Shown: positions 35,246 to 45,400 of the stretch, piece after piece | Layout: the number at the start of each line of letters is the position of its first letter | How positions within the stretch are numbered: position 1 is the stretch's first letter | Virus record (IMG/VR): IMGVR_UViG_3300036768_000279 | Coordinates: 1 to 64,000 of that record | DNA from: a virus | Direction: 5' to 3' (one strand) | Length of the DNA: 64,000 nucleotides | Made by a program: the position numbers and the translations under genes | Notes under the pieces: generated by a model | What the model was told of the DNA's origin: nothing | What the model saw: only the letters and a program-made list of their open reading frames with translations | Databases searched by the model: none

Positions 35246-35784
35246 TGGTACAGATCACGCCCAATCAAGACTTCTCTACAGCAAGCGGAATTCTTAATTC
35301 TCCGTTTATGGAAGCTGTCTATCACTCCTTTATGAGTGAAGCTTTTGTAGATCTCGGACGTTCTGTGACGTTCCATCTGCCCCCCATCAAGGAGCAAGAC
35401 GTTCAGACTCAATCCCAAGCCGCCCCACAACAATACAATCCTTTCTTTTCAAGAGTGCCTGTGCCTGCCACGAATACACGCAATACTGGCTACAAAGTTA
35501 CGCCGCGTGACGTGACTTACAAAGCACAGATTGTCATTGGTCCATTGAGCAATGACAAGAGATTGCAGGGTATGGGTTGGCTCAATGAAAACGAAGCCAT
35601 GATCACTGTCGTGATTGAGGCTCTTGAACACGTAGTCGCCGCTCTTGCCGTTTCCATTGAGGGTCGTAGATACACCGTTGTCGAAACGAGACCGATTGGC
35701 TTTTCTGTACGCAGATACTTGATGGTTAAGCTACGTGCTATTCAGGAAACAGAAAACCCCTCTCCTGATAAGGTGGTAGGATGA
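35245..35784 (+). CDS. head closure/neck protein
   Basis: Position; beta-rich C-terminus IEGRRYTV. Confidence 0.6.
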   Translation: MVQITPNQDFSTASGILNSPFMEAVYHSFMSEAFVDLGRSVTFHLPPIKEQDVQTQSQAAPQQYNPFFSRVPVPATNTRNTGYKVTPRDVTYKAQIVIGPLSNDKRLQGMGWLNENEAMITVVIEALEHVVAALAVSIEGRRYTVVETRPIGFSVRRYLMVKLRAIQETENPSPDKVVG

Positions 35785-36290
35785 TTACGCAAGTCAAGCA
35801 ATGTTCTAGATGTTATGGCTACAAGGATCTATCGGCTTTTCCTCAGAGCAAGAACGCAAAGGATGGCTTATATTCTTGGTGCAAGGTGTGCAATACAGCT
35901 AGTACGCAAAAATACTACGCCGCTAATCGTGATGCTGTCAACGTCAAGCGTCAAGCTAATAAACAAAAGAACAAACAAGACTGGCGTGCGTTTTTTATAC
36001 AACTCTATGGGGAGATGCCTCAATGCTCTATTTGCTTGAAAGCATTGGATTGGAATGCTGATGCAGAAACAAACTGTGGTACGGTAGTAAACTGGGATCA
36101 CCGTCATGGCAATCATGCGGCACATGTGAAGCCTGCCAATTGGCTCCATGGGCACTTATGTAACGAAAAGAACCAAGCTATTTGGCATTCATTTGATTTT
36201 GGTATTTTGTGTAACTACTGCAATGGTTCGTTACCAACCAATAATAGAATTCAGTGGCTTGAACAAGCCCTGAAGTATGCGAGGCAATAA
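35781..36290 (+). CDS. HNH / endonuclease VII-like homing endonuclease
   Basis: CSRC...KDGLYSWCKVC zinc finger; CSIC...WDHRH...GILCNYCN. Confidence 0.8.
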   Translation: MITQVKQCSRCYGYKDLSAFPQSKNAKDGLYSWCKVCNTASTQKYYAANRDAVNVKRQANKQKNKQDWRAFFIQLYGEMPQCSICLKALDWNADAETNCGTVVNWDHRHGNHAAHVKPANWLHGHLCNEKNQAIWHSFDFGILCNYCNGSLPTNNRIQWLEQALKYARQ

Positions 36291-37315
36291 TGGGCTTAGA
36301 GTACAAACTACGTAGCTTACTCAAGCTTAATCTCAAGTTGTTTTTAGACATGCATTTTTTGCGTGAGTCTAGCTTTATCAATGTAGCTTCTGGTCAATTG
36401 TTTTATGACGGAAGCGACATGAGCGTTCTTCTTCCAGATACTCAAGCAGACGATACGTTGTACGGCGTCTCTAATGGTCAGGTGTGGCAATCGCCCTTTA
36501 GACAATTTGTCTATGAGTCTGGTGTACCATTGGATGGTACAAATGTCAGCACTCCACCATTGCAATGTTCTGGCGTATACATTCATGGTGCGTTCAGACC
36601 AACAAATGATTCTCAGTTTGGACATACTATTGACTACATTAATGGTCGCGTCATCTTCAATTCGCCGCAACCACTTGATCTCAAGGTTAACGCGACCTAT
36701 TCTGCTCGCGAAGTACGTATTGGCTTCGAACACGATTTCAATCAGCAATTCAATCGTGGATTCTTGGAAAGCAAGTTTGCCACGAATCCATTGACATCGA
36801 ATCAGCTAGTCTATCCATCTGGACAGGCACAACCATTTCCAGCCGTTTTCATTGAGGTAGACAATCGCTCAATGACGCCATACGAGCTTGGTAACCGTAG
36901 TGCTGTGATCCGAGACAAGGTTATTTTGCATGTCTGGGCACTAGACGATTTGCAGCGTGACAATATTGTGGACATCTTGACATCGCAATGGCGTAAGAGC
37001 ATTCCGATTATCAATTTCAATCGAGCACCTTTGCCGCTATCTGGGATTTACAACACCCTATCTCCTGAGTATGTGCCGTACCAGGAAATGCTGCGGAACA
37101 ACAAACTGATCACAACTGTGGGTTCCGGCACGCCAGTAGTCTATACGGCCTACATCACGGATATTGCAGCCGAGAACATTCAGGCAACAGCAGAGTATGA
37201 ACGTGCCATCGTGACATACGAAATGGATGTCTACCTAAACGCTCCAGTAACGCCTTTGGGTAGCTACTTTGGTCCTATCTCAACGATACCTACGATCGAG
37301 GATCCATTGGGCTAG
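36290..37315 (+). CDS. tail terminator/completion-like protein
   Basis: Before tail tube; IDYINGRVIF, PAVFIEV, PYELG. Confidence 0.65.
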   Translation: MGLEYKLRSLLKLNLKLFLDMHFLRESSFINVASGQLFYDGSDMSVLLPDTQADDTLYGVSNGQVWQSPFRQFVYESGVPLDGTNVSTPPLQCSGVYIHGAFRPTNDSQFGHTIDYINGRVIFNSPQPLDLKVNATYSAREVRIGFEHDFNQQFNRGFLESKFATNPLTSNQLVYPSGQAQPFPAVFIEVDNRSMTPYELGNRSAVIRDKVILHVWALDDLQRDNIVDILTSQWRKSIPIINFNRAPLPLSGIYNTLSPEYVPYQEMLRNNKLITTVGSGTPVVYTAYITDIAAENIQATAEYERAIVTYEMDVYLNAPVTPLGSYFGPISTIPTIEDPLG

Positions 37316-37316
37316 T

Positions 37317-37326
37317 TTAGTGTAAT
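37317..37326 (+). promoter_or_regulatory. putative late promoter
   Basis: TTAGTGTA then 9 nt to ATG 37334. Confidence 0.72.
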
Positions 37327-37333
37327 CATGGAC

Positions 37334-37774
37334 ATGGGAAATTGTGGACGGAATGGCTGTAAAGAGTTGGTCTCTAGAATAAATCCTAAGACTGCTAAGC
37401 CATTTTTCTATTGCGAAACACACAGAACACAGAAGCATGCTGGTTTTCGATTGGCATCTTCTCGTATTGGCGAACGAAGACGCGACCAGTCAATCGACTA
37501 TAGACGCAAACTTCGTTTGAAATTTTTGGAAATGTATGGCGGTAAATGCATTTGCTGTCATATAGACGAGGAAGCATTTCTTGCTCTTAACCATATTCTA
37601 GAAGATGGTGATGAGCATAGAAAGCAAAGAACGAGCTATGGGATCTATATAGACGCTACAGCAAAATACGACCCCGATCGCTTTCAAATCCTTTGTCACA
37701 ATTGTAACTTTGCAAAGTATCGAAACGGTGTCTGTCCTCACCAACTAGTTGGGCAGAAGGGAATTCAATCATGA
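37334..37774 (+). CDS. HNH homing endonuclease
   Basis: YGGKCICC...LALNHI...FQILCHNCNFAK...CPH. Confidence 0.8.
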   Translation: MGNCGRNGCKELVSRINPKTAKPFFYCETHRTQKHAGFRLASSRIGERRRDQSIDYRRKLRLKFLEMYGGKCICCHIDEEAFLALNHILEDGDEHRKQRTSYGIYIDATAKYDPDRFQILCHNCNFAKYRNGVCPHQLVGQKGIQS

Positions 37775-39177
37775 CAAATAATCGCGTATTTTGGGCGATT
37801 GAACAGTTGGCTATTAAGGCAAACTCTGCACCTGCTACGAGCGGTGTGGCTGCTTTCAATGCCCGTAACTACGCTACAGGTGCAATTGCATCGGGCGTGA
37901 ACGAAGTCAACGGCCTCTGGGAAGTGCCGCGTGGCGTTCAAAGTGCGGGTATGAGCACTAAGTTCAATCTACAACAGGTTTTCCAGCTTGGTCAGATTGA
38001 GCTTTATGAATACTCGGAACGTCAGCCAGACATCGAAATGACAATTTCGAAGTGTGTGGACGGAACTAAGCCGCTCTTCTTGATGGTTACGGACCCATCG
38101 TTCACGGACATTGTTGGCAAGACAGCCAATTACCGTGTTGACGTTGCGTTCCAAATCTATCCAGATACGAAGTTCCGTGCTACCGGCAAGCCAGTGTCTA
38201 TCTGCACTTGTTCCGGTATGTACCTATCGAACATTTCGTACACCTACCCGATCGATGGCTTCGTCACAGAAGACATCACGTTGGTTGGTAACGACAAGAT
38301 CTGGGGCTCGTTCATCAACGTTTCTGGTGTAACAGCCGGAAACGGTGGAACGGAAACAATCCTACCGTTCCCGACGCCTGGATTTAATGGTAACATTGAT
38401 CCGAACGCCCCGGATGGCGGACCTTCTGGCGTATTCGGTCACGATGGTAACACTTCGGCTCTTGTCGAAGGCGGTGCTTTTGAAGTTGCTGGTGGTGCCG
38501 ATCGCTTCGGTATCATCGTGGTTGGTTCTGGCGTTGCTCGTCGTGAAGAAGTAGATATCAGCCACTCGATCTTGCCGCGAGACATCCCAGGCGTGACCAC
38601 ACCGAATATCTCTGGCATCAACGCCGCTTACGTCAATGGTGGATTCGGTGCTCAGGGACCGGGTACTGCTTCTAACTTCACGCAATTGATTGCTGACGCC
38701 AACACGGACTACATCGCTGAGCACATTCAGACAATCACTGTTTCCTTCGCGATTGCCCGTAAGGACATTTTCGAGCTTGGAAGTAAGCGTCCGTTCGTGA
38801 AGGTTCCAGAGTATCCTCTGGAGGCTACAGCAAGCATCACCGTGATCACCGCTCAGGGTGACCTTGTTGATGCAACGTCGAACATCGACTGTGGTCCTGA
38901 TAACACACGCGAAAGCAACACGATCATCATCCGTACTTGCGACGGTCTCCAAGTTGACCTTGGTGACGCTAACCGCTTGACGGGCATTGAAGTTGCTGGT
39001 GGCGAAGCTGGTGGTGACAACATGACTGTCACGTACAACTACTCAAGCTTCAACACGTTCTACGTTTCGCACGACTTCTTCCAGCCGAATCACCGTGTGA
39101 CGATCTTCGGTACTGGACGTAGCCGCTTCAACGTAGGCAAGCCGCCATTCCGTAGAAGCGACATCGGTCTCTTCTGA
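37771..39177 (+). CDS. major tail (tube) protein
   Basis: Position, high-expression codon bias, internal duplication (QVFQLGQ / DIFELGS) typical of tube proteins. Confidence 0.75.
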   Translation: MTNNRVFWAIEQLAIKANSAPATSGVAAFNARNYATGAIASGVNEVNGLWEVPRGVQSAGMSTKFNLQQVFQLGQIELYEYSERQPDIEMTISKCVDGTKPLFLMVTDPSFTDIVGKTANYRVDVAFQIYPDTKFRATGKPVSICTCSGMYLSNISYTYPIDGFVTEDITLVGNDKIWGSFINVSGVTAGNGGTETILPFPTPGFNGNIDPNAPDGGPSGVFGHDGNTSALVEGGAFEVAGGADRFGIIVVGSGVARREEVDISHSILPRDIPGVTTPNISGINAAYVNGGFGAQGPGTASNFTQLIADANTDYIAEHIQTITVSFAIARKDIFELGSKRPFVKVPEYPLEATASITVITAQGDLVDATSNIDCGPDNTRESNTIIIRTCDGLQVDLGDANRLTGIEVAGGEAGGDNMTVTYNYSSFNTFYVSHDFFQPNHRVTIFGTGRSRFNVGKPPFRRSDIGLF

Positions 39178-39182
39178 TACTC

Positions 39183-39235
39183 GTTGGTGGGCCGTGACAG
39201 GGGCAGGGGGGTAAGTCCTGTCACGGTCTGCTGAC
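39183..39235 (+). other. long RNA hairpin after tail tube gene
   Basis: GTTGGTGGGCCGTGACAGG / CCTGTCACGGTCTGCTGAC; mismatches are G-U pairs on the + strand. Confidence 0.7.
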
Positions 39236-39293
39236 TTACAATTTTGTCAAGGTGCAAGGTTACCGCTAAGCGGGTGGTTTAGGAATGGAGCAT

Positions 39294-39326
39294 AAGGGAT
39301 GCACCTAATTGGTGTGTCCCTTTTTT
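39294..39326 (+). terminator. intrinsic terminator
   Basis: AAGGGATGCACC-TAATT-GGTGTGTCCCTT TTTT. Confidence 0.8.
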
Positions 39327-39329
39327 CGT

Positions 39330-40523
39330 ATGACTGTACAGGAAAAAATTCAGCAGCTACTTTGGGATAGACGCTACGTCCAAATCCCGGCGGAGTATGC
39401 TAAGCCGGGATACGAGTACGTCATCATTAAGGACATGACGACGGAAGATCGTAACATCCACTCTTTTGTGCGTCGTCGAGAGCTTGAGTCTGCACGCAAG
39501 CAGGGAGTACCAACTGAGGCAGAGCTTCTTGCGGAAGCCAAGAAAGTTGGCTTGTGGACAAGCGAGGATGATCTCGTCATGACTAAGGCCGACGAGCACA
39601 TTGCCTTCCTCGAAGCCGAGCAAAAGAAGCAAAAGTTCCTTGCTCGCAAGAAATCACTACAGGTACAAATCGACGCAGCCCTAGAAAAAAAGCGACTAAC
39701 GCAATCTAAGCGTAACGAATACTTCATTCACAGTGCGGAGTTCTACGCCAACGAAGTAGCCGCAAACGTCCTCGTCAGACGAGTCGTGTTCGATATTGAA
39801 GGAAGACCGTTGTGGCCCGACGACGCCTCTTTCCTTCATTCCAAGCACAATCATATCAACTTTTTGATATACGTTACAAACGAAGTTCTATCGGAGGGTA
39901 TTCTGCCGATTGACGAAATTCGTGAAGTAGCACGTCATCCAGAGTGGCGATTGACATGGGTTCTGCAACGCGAGAACCTACACACAATATTCAATCGTAA
40001 CATTGGTGATTTGAGTATCAATCAAAAACTTTTGATCTATTGGAGTCGTGTTTATGATTCTGCTTTGGAGTCTACAGATCCGCCTTCATTAGACATCATC
40101 AACGACGACGACAAATTCGATGAGTGGCTATCAAATCGTGAATTGAACGACAAGGAGTCAAGCAATTCTAAGCGTCTTGGAGCTAAGGACCACAACGAAC
40201 GCATGCAGCTACTTGATGGAGAATACAGCGAAACATGTAATTGTGGTGCTAAAGCCAAGAACGTCGGCAAGGGGCTTGGCGAACGTGTACCTCACACGAC
40301 AACTTGTCCATGGGGAACGTTCCGCAGATATACCCCACAAGAACGTGAACAGATCGCAAATCAAACGTATGCCCGTAACTCTGATCGTGTTCGTTCATTG
40401 CTTGAGCATGAACAGCAAACGGTCATCGAAAAGGGACAGGTCGAAGAACACCATCTACGTGGTACAAAGACACGCCACATTCTTGGTATGAAAACTGACG
40501 TAGTGTCTACACACAAGAAATGA
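39330..40523 (+). CDS. tail assembly chaperone-like protein (long form)
   Basis: Between tube and tape measure; paralogous to 41072-41791. Confidence 0.6.
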   Translation: MTVQEKIQQLLWDRRYVQIPAEYAKPGYEYVIIKDMTTEDRNIHSFVRRRELESARKQGVPTEAELLAEAKKVGLWTSEDDLVMTKADEHIAFLEAEQKKQKFLARKKSLQVQIDAALEKKRLTQSKRNEYFIHSAEFYANEVAANVLVRRVVFDIEGRPLWPDDASFLHSKHNHINFLIYVTNEVLSEGILPIDEIREVARHPEWRLTWVLQRENLHTIFNRNIGDLSINQKLLIYWSRVYDSALESTDPPSLDIINDDDKFDEWLSNRELNDKESSNSKRLGAKDHNERMQLLDGEYSETCNCGAKAKNVGKGLGERVPHTTTCPWGTFRRYTPQEREQIANQTYARNSDRVRSLLEHEQQTVIEKGQVEEHHLRGTKTRHILGMKTDVVSTHKK

Positions 40524-41068
40524 AAAAGCAAAATCAATCATTGGATCAACTCAGTAGGAGTCTTGATCGTAGATCGCGTCACCTTATGGTACAGACTCTA
40601 CAGAGATTTGAAGAGTCATTTCCAGACGTAGACAATACTCGTCAAGGACAAATCTTCAAGTCTGATCTTCGCAACATGTTTAACGATGTGATGCGTGCCC
40701 AGAGAGACGAACTGAATGATTACGAGGTCGAGTATCGCCCTCTGCGTATGACCGAAAACGGCACTTTAGCGATGACCCAATCTTTTATGCAGACCGTGCA
40801 GAAGGTTGAGTTTGGCTCTAGAGGGTCAGTTCCGTTCATGAAGATCTTCTCTAGCAAAGAGAACGCCCGTGTTTTGGACGCCATTCGTATGGAGTTCGGG
40901 GCCGGGGTATTAGACAATGAGGACGGTGGCCTTGTCCTTGAAATTGTTGGTATTGAATCATGCGTAAATTGTGTATTACCTATCATGGACAAGTACCGCC
41001 TGATGGAACAGGTTGGTGTTAAGTACCGTGAGTGGCGGCGTGAGGTTGTTAGACGCTATAGGAGTTAG
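40520..41068 (+). CDS. hypothetical protein
   Basis: ATGA-coupled 182-aa ORF. Confidence 0.75.
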   Translation: MKKQNQSLDQLSRSLDRRSRHLMVQTLQRFEESFPDVDNTRQGQIFKSDLRNMFNDVMRAQRDELNDYEVEYRPLRMTENGTLAMTQSFMQTVQKVEFGSRGSVPFMKIFSSKENARVLDAIRMEFGAGVLDNEDGGLVLEIVGIESCVNCVLPIMDKYRLMEQVGVKYREWRREVVRRYRS

Positions 41069-41071
41069 GGC

Positions 41072-41791
41072 ATGTCAGTGGAAAGAACGTTTCGAGCTGT
41101 AGACCGTTTTGGGGCACAGATGGACTTCGTAGTCACTACCCCAACTCTTGCTATCGAGAATGAGGGCGATCGTCAGTACCGAATCGCCTATAGCAAATCT
41201 CTGGCGGATGGCGTCTATCCACGCAACAAAATGCGTGAGGTCATGCGTTCACACGGTATGTGGACTGACGAAGATGACCGCATTATGCGTGAAGAGGTAG
41301 CAAACTTGGCTATCCTACAGATGGAACTTGAACAGGCTCAACTTAAGGGCGAGAATGACAAATGCCTTGAGATTGCGAAGAAGATGCGTCAGCATCGTTT
41401 CCGCATGTGGGAACTGTTTATGATTCAGCAAAGCGTGTACATGAATTCTGCTGAAGGTATTGCTGAGCTTGTGAAGGCTGAGGCTATTATGGCGGCCTGT
41501 ATACAGTTGAAAGCAACTGGTCAACGCTATTGGCCAACCTACACAGACTTCGTACGTGAACGCGACGAAAGCACTCAATCAACGGTTTATGTGAAGGCCG
41601 TTGAAGTTCAGAATCAGATCTTGCTTGAAATGCGTAACACCATTGAAGAGAGTCATCCTGAGAATAGATATCTCAAGGACGCAAAGCAAGCAATGTTTGA
41701 CCGAGACATTGAAGAGCGTGTGGAAGCCGAACTTGCCGCTCGCAAGCAAAGAGCATTGGAGAATGCAGATGGCAATCGAGTGGAGAATTGA
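41072..41791 (+). CDS. tail assembly chaperone-like protein (short form)
   Basis: GMWTDEDD, NSAEG and GQRYWP match GLWTSEDD, HSAEF and GRPLWP of 39330. Confidence 0.6.
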   Translation: MSVERTFRAVDRFGAQMDFVVTTPTLAIENEGDRQYRIAYSKSLADGVYPRNKMREVMRSHGMWTDEDDRIMREEVANLAILQMELEQAQLKGENDKCLEIAKKMRQHRFRMWELFMIQQSVYMNSAEGIAELVKAEAIMAACIQLKATGQRYWPTYTDFVRERDESTQSTVYVKAVEVQNQILLEMRNTIEESHPENRYLKDAKQAMFDRDIEERVEAELAARKQRALENADGNRVEN

Positions 41792-42419
41792 ACTGCAAAA
41801 ACCAATACTCACGCTGAACAAACATGCGTTTGACGCATGGGCATACAGTATGTCTGAGCTTGAGCTATGGATGCGAAAGGAACTTATTCCAGCTATGGTA
41901 CATGGCGGAATGGGAATTGTTGGCATCGCACAAATAGACTTCTATCGTTACGTTACAAGTGCTCGTGGATTAAGTGAACTTGGTATTGAAGCGTCAGAAC
42001 CTCCTAAGCTTTTGAAGGCTTATGAAACTACTGCATTCAAGATCAATGTTCAGAAGAGACAAATGACACTAGAGTTTGGCAATTACGCTAGATTGCGAGC
42101 AGCTACTCCTCACCCAGCAAATGGTACAGGACACTTGCATATTGATTCGTGGCTTGAGTGGGTTGATGGCAAAGAAGTCAATAGAGGATTTGTTCCTCGT
42201 TCCAAACTTGGCGGTCGTGCTGCTAAGTCAATTCGTTTGGGATCTCCTCTTGGTGGTTTGATGTTGCCGCGTGGTGCTTATGGTAGCGTTGGATTGTGGC
42301 GTTTTCCTTCACAACTGAGACACTATGAAGACAAGTGGTTCAAGCAGAATATTGATGTGATTCAAAAGGTCATCCTTGAGAAGATGATTGCTATCTTCGT
42401 AATGAAGCTGGTGACGTAA
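41769..42419 (+). CDS. hypothetical tail-region protein
   Basis: MAIEWRIELQKP...; coupled to tape measure. Confidence 0.7.
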   Translation: MAIEWRIELQKPILTLNKHAFDAWAYSMSELELWMRKELIPAMVHGGMGIVGIAQIDFYRYVTSARGLSELGIEASEPPKLLKAYETTAFKINVQKRQMTLEFGNYARLRAATPHPANGTGHLHIDSWLEWVDGKEVNRGFVPRSKLGGRAAKSIRLGSPLGGLMLPRGAYGSVGLWRFPSQLRHYEDKWFKQNIDVIQKVILEKMIAIFVMKLVT

Positions 42420-45400
42420 TGGCTAACAGAGTAGAACTCGAAGCAATTCTGAGGTTTGTTGGCGTCAAAGTAAATTCTGGCGTCTTCAATCAGATTAGTC
42501 GTGCTGCTGCCGGTATGCCCGGTCCAGTGCAGCAGTTCAATCGTAACCTCAATCAGAGCGTTAATGCTGCCAACAACGTCAACCGTGCTGTACATGGAGT
42601 GAATCAACAGTTGAGTGGTAGCGAAAGAGCGGCACGCCTCTTTCTACAGCGTATGGCACAGTTTGCCATCCTTCTCCCCACATTCGCTACTCTAAACAAG
42701 AGTATTCAGGGCGGCATCAAATTCTTGTTTGAATTTGACGCTGCCGTCAAAGACATCATTCGTATTGATATTGGCTCTCTTTCCGGCAAATTTGACGACA
42801 TTGCCAAGAGTGCTTTCAATCTTGCTACTCAATTTGGTTCGAGTGCTACTGAGGCCGCCAACACAATCAAAACGTATGTGCAGGCTGGTTATTCTCTTAA
42901 GGAAGCGAACGAACTAGCAGAGCTTTCATTGCTTGCTACAAAGTCATCAACTCTTGAAGCTGGACAGGCTGTAGAATTCTTGCTATCAGCTAGCAAGCAA
43001 TTCCGACTTGAGGGCGAAGGTCTAAAAAATGCCCTTGATGGTCTTGTTGCCTCGGAAGACTTGTCTGCCGTAGAAGCTCGCGATATTGCTGATGCCTTCA
43101 AGACTGGTGGTAACTCGCTTGCTGAATTTAGTAAGGACATCAATGACTCAATTGGTCTGATTTCGGCTCTTAGAGAACAGACCCGTAAGTCAGGTAATGA
43201 AATTGGTACCTTCTTCAAGACATTGCAGACACGTATTTTCGCTGCTGGCGAATCGCGTACGGCACTTGAAAGTCTTGGTGTATCTGTTCAAAACCTAGAT
43301 GGTAGTCTACGTCCTACGCTTGCGGTATTGAATGATCTCAAGGTGTCGTTCGACAGGTTGAATGAAGCTGAACAGGCCAACGCTGCCAAGGCAATTGCTG
43401 GCGTTCGTCAGTTTGAAGAACTCATTGGTACGCTCAATTCATTGGATCGTGCCAACCAACTCGCCGCTGCCTCTTCAAACGCTGCCGGTGCAGCACGTCG
43501 TAAGGAAGGGGTTGATGCTACCAAACTCCAACGTCGTCTTGATGATTTGATTGTTGCTGGTCAAAAGCTCGCCTATGCTTTGGGTGAAGCAGGCAGTTCT
43601 GACTTTTTCAAGAACGCCCTTAAGAGTGCAACGTTCCTTGTTGACAGCTTGACTGAAATTGTCAAGCTTCTAGACAAGTTCAAGGTGCCAATCCTACCTA
43701 TTCTTGCTCCTCTCGCTCTTAAGGGGATTGATAAGGTGTTTGGTCTTGGCTTGACTGGTGCTCCAGGCAAGGGCGGTGGTGGTGGCGGCGGGGGTGGTGG
43801 TGGGCCACTTAGACAAAATACATCTGACTTGGCTGCAAATACTGCGGCATTAAGACAGCTTACAAACGTCATCAGTGTTCTTGCACAGGACATTAAACTT
43901 GCTAGCGGAGCATTGATGAATCAGGTCGGTGCTTCACAGGTTGCCGTTGCAGCAACTAATGTGCAAACACAAGCAACCAACGTTCAGACACAAGCTACAC
44001 AACAGGCTACAGCGGCAACACAAACCTTTGCTCAAAAAATGAAGGCTGCTCTCAACACGCCACTCGGCAAGGGTGCGGGTGCTGGAGAAGGCTTGAAGTC
44101 AGCGGCACTGTTTGCCGCATTGACAATTGGAGCATCTGCTGTTACTGCTGGATTGAACACTCTAGCTGACAAGCTTGGTGGCAATAGTTCATTTGCCGGT
44201 TCTTTGACTAAGGCTACTAGTGCAGCAGCACAAATGGGTATTCAATTTGCTGCATTTGGTCCTGTAGCCGCTGGCGTTGCAGCCTCTCTTGGTGCCTTGT
44301 GGGATGTTAGTATTAGATATGTTGAAACACTACAAGATATGGACAAGGCTACACATGAAAACATCAAATCTGTAGAAGATAATGCGAAGCAAGAACTTGG
44401 TGTTGGCAAGGCATCGAAATCACAACAAGCCCTTGCTGCCTTTAGTACAGGATTAGAGGGACGAACACAAGAAAACGTTAACTACGACGCCCTTTTCAAG
44501 GGCGTATTCCAAAGTTTAGATGATGGTACAAAGAAACTTTTAGGTGATTCTAACACCCTGAAAGAAGTGTATCTAACTAATAGCAAAATAGTTTTGCAAA
44601 CAGTACAGAATTCTATCACTGGTGCAACCGAAATTACTGAAAAGTATGTCAAAGGTGCTGGCGAAGATTTGATCAGATCGTGGGCAATGCAAGATAGTGC
44701 AGCCGTAAAAAATGTAGCCGCTCTCCAAGAGCTACGTGATTCATACGACGCATCCGGCAAGAGTTCGAAGTCATATAAAGAGCAACAGGACTTGTTAGAG
44801 CAAGCATACGGCAGACTTGCTCATGGTGCCGCTGAAGCAGCCAAGCAAGTACAGTTCTTGCGTATGACGTTTGATGACATGAAGAAGCTTCAAGACCTGA
44901 TCGCTTCTGCTCAAGACGTTAACAACATGAATCGTGATATCTTCAATCAATCCAAGAGCCCAGAAGATTTGGCTCAAGGTATTGATGAACTATCTCAAAT
45001 CGCTCGCAATGCTCAGACAGATCTTGCAAACGCTCAAAAGGCTTTTGAGGATCTGCTGTCAACACTGCAAACCGCTGGTTCAGATACGTCGCAGTTTGGT
45101 GCTTTTAAAAGCATGGATGACGCCAAGAAATTCCTGGCAGATCTTGGCCAATTGCTGTCTAAGCCAAATAATGGCGGTGCCATTGCTTCGTTCTTGGGTG
45201 ATCGCAAGCTCACGGACGCCCAGAAAGAATTCGCAAAAGAGTATATCAAGATCGAAGAAAATCGCGTCAAGGCATCCTTGAAGGCCAAGGAAGCCGAAGC
45301 GGCTTTTAGTAGCGAAGCGTATAAGCGTAGCCTGGAAGAAACCAAAGCTCAGAAGGAAGCCTCTGTGAAGGCTGCCGAGTCTCTTGGCAAGTTCCGTTCT

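Noticed and set aside
39686-39692. A AAA AAG slippery heptamer in the tail chaperone gene
   Set aside because: The -1 frame stops after five more codons, in the middle of the domain shared with the paralog; no stimulatory structure seen
43771-44010. Poly-Gly tract and ATNVQTQ tandem repeat in the tape measure gene
   Set aside because: Ordinary low-complexity features of tape measure proteins
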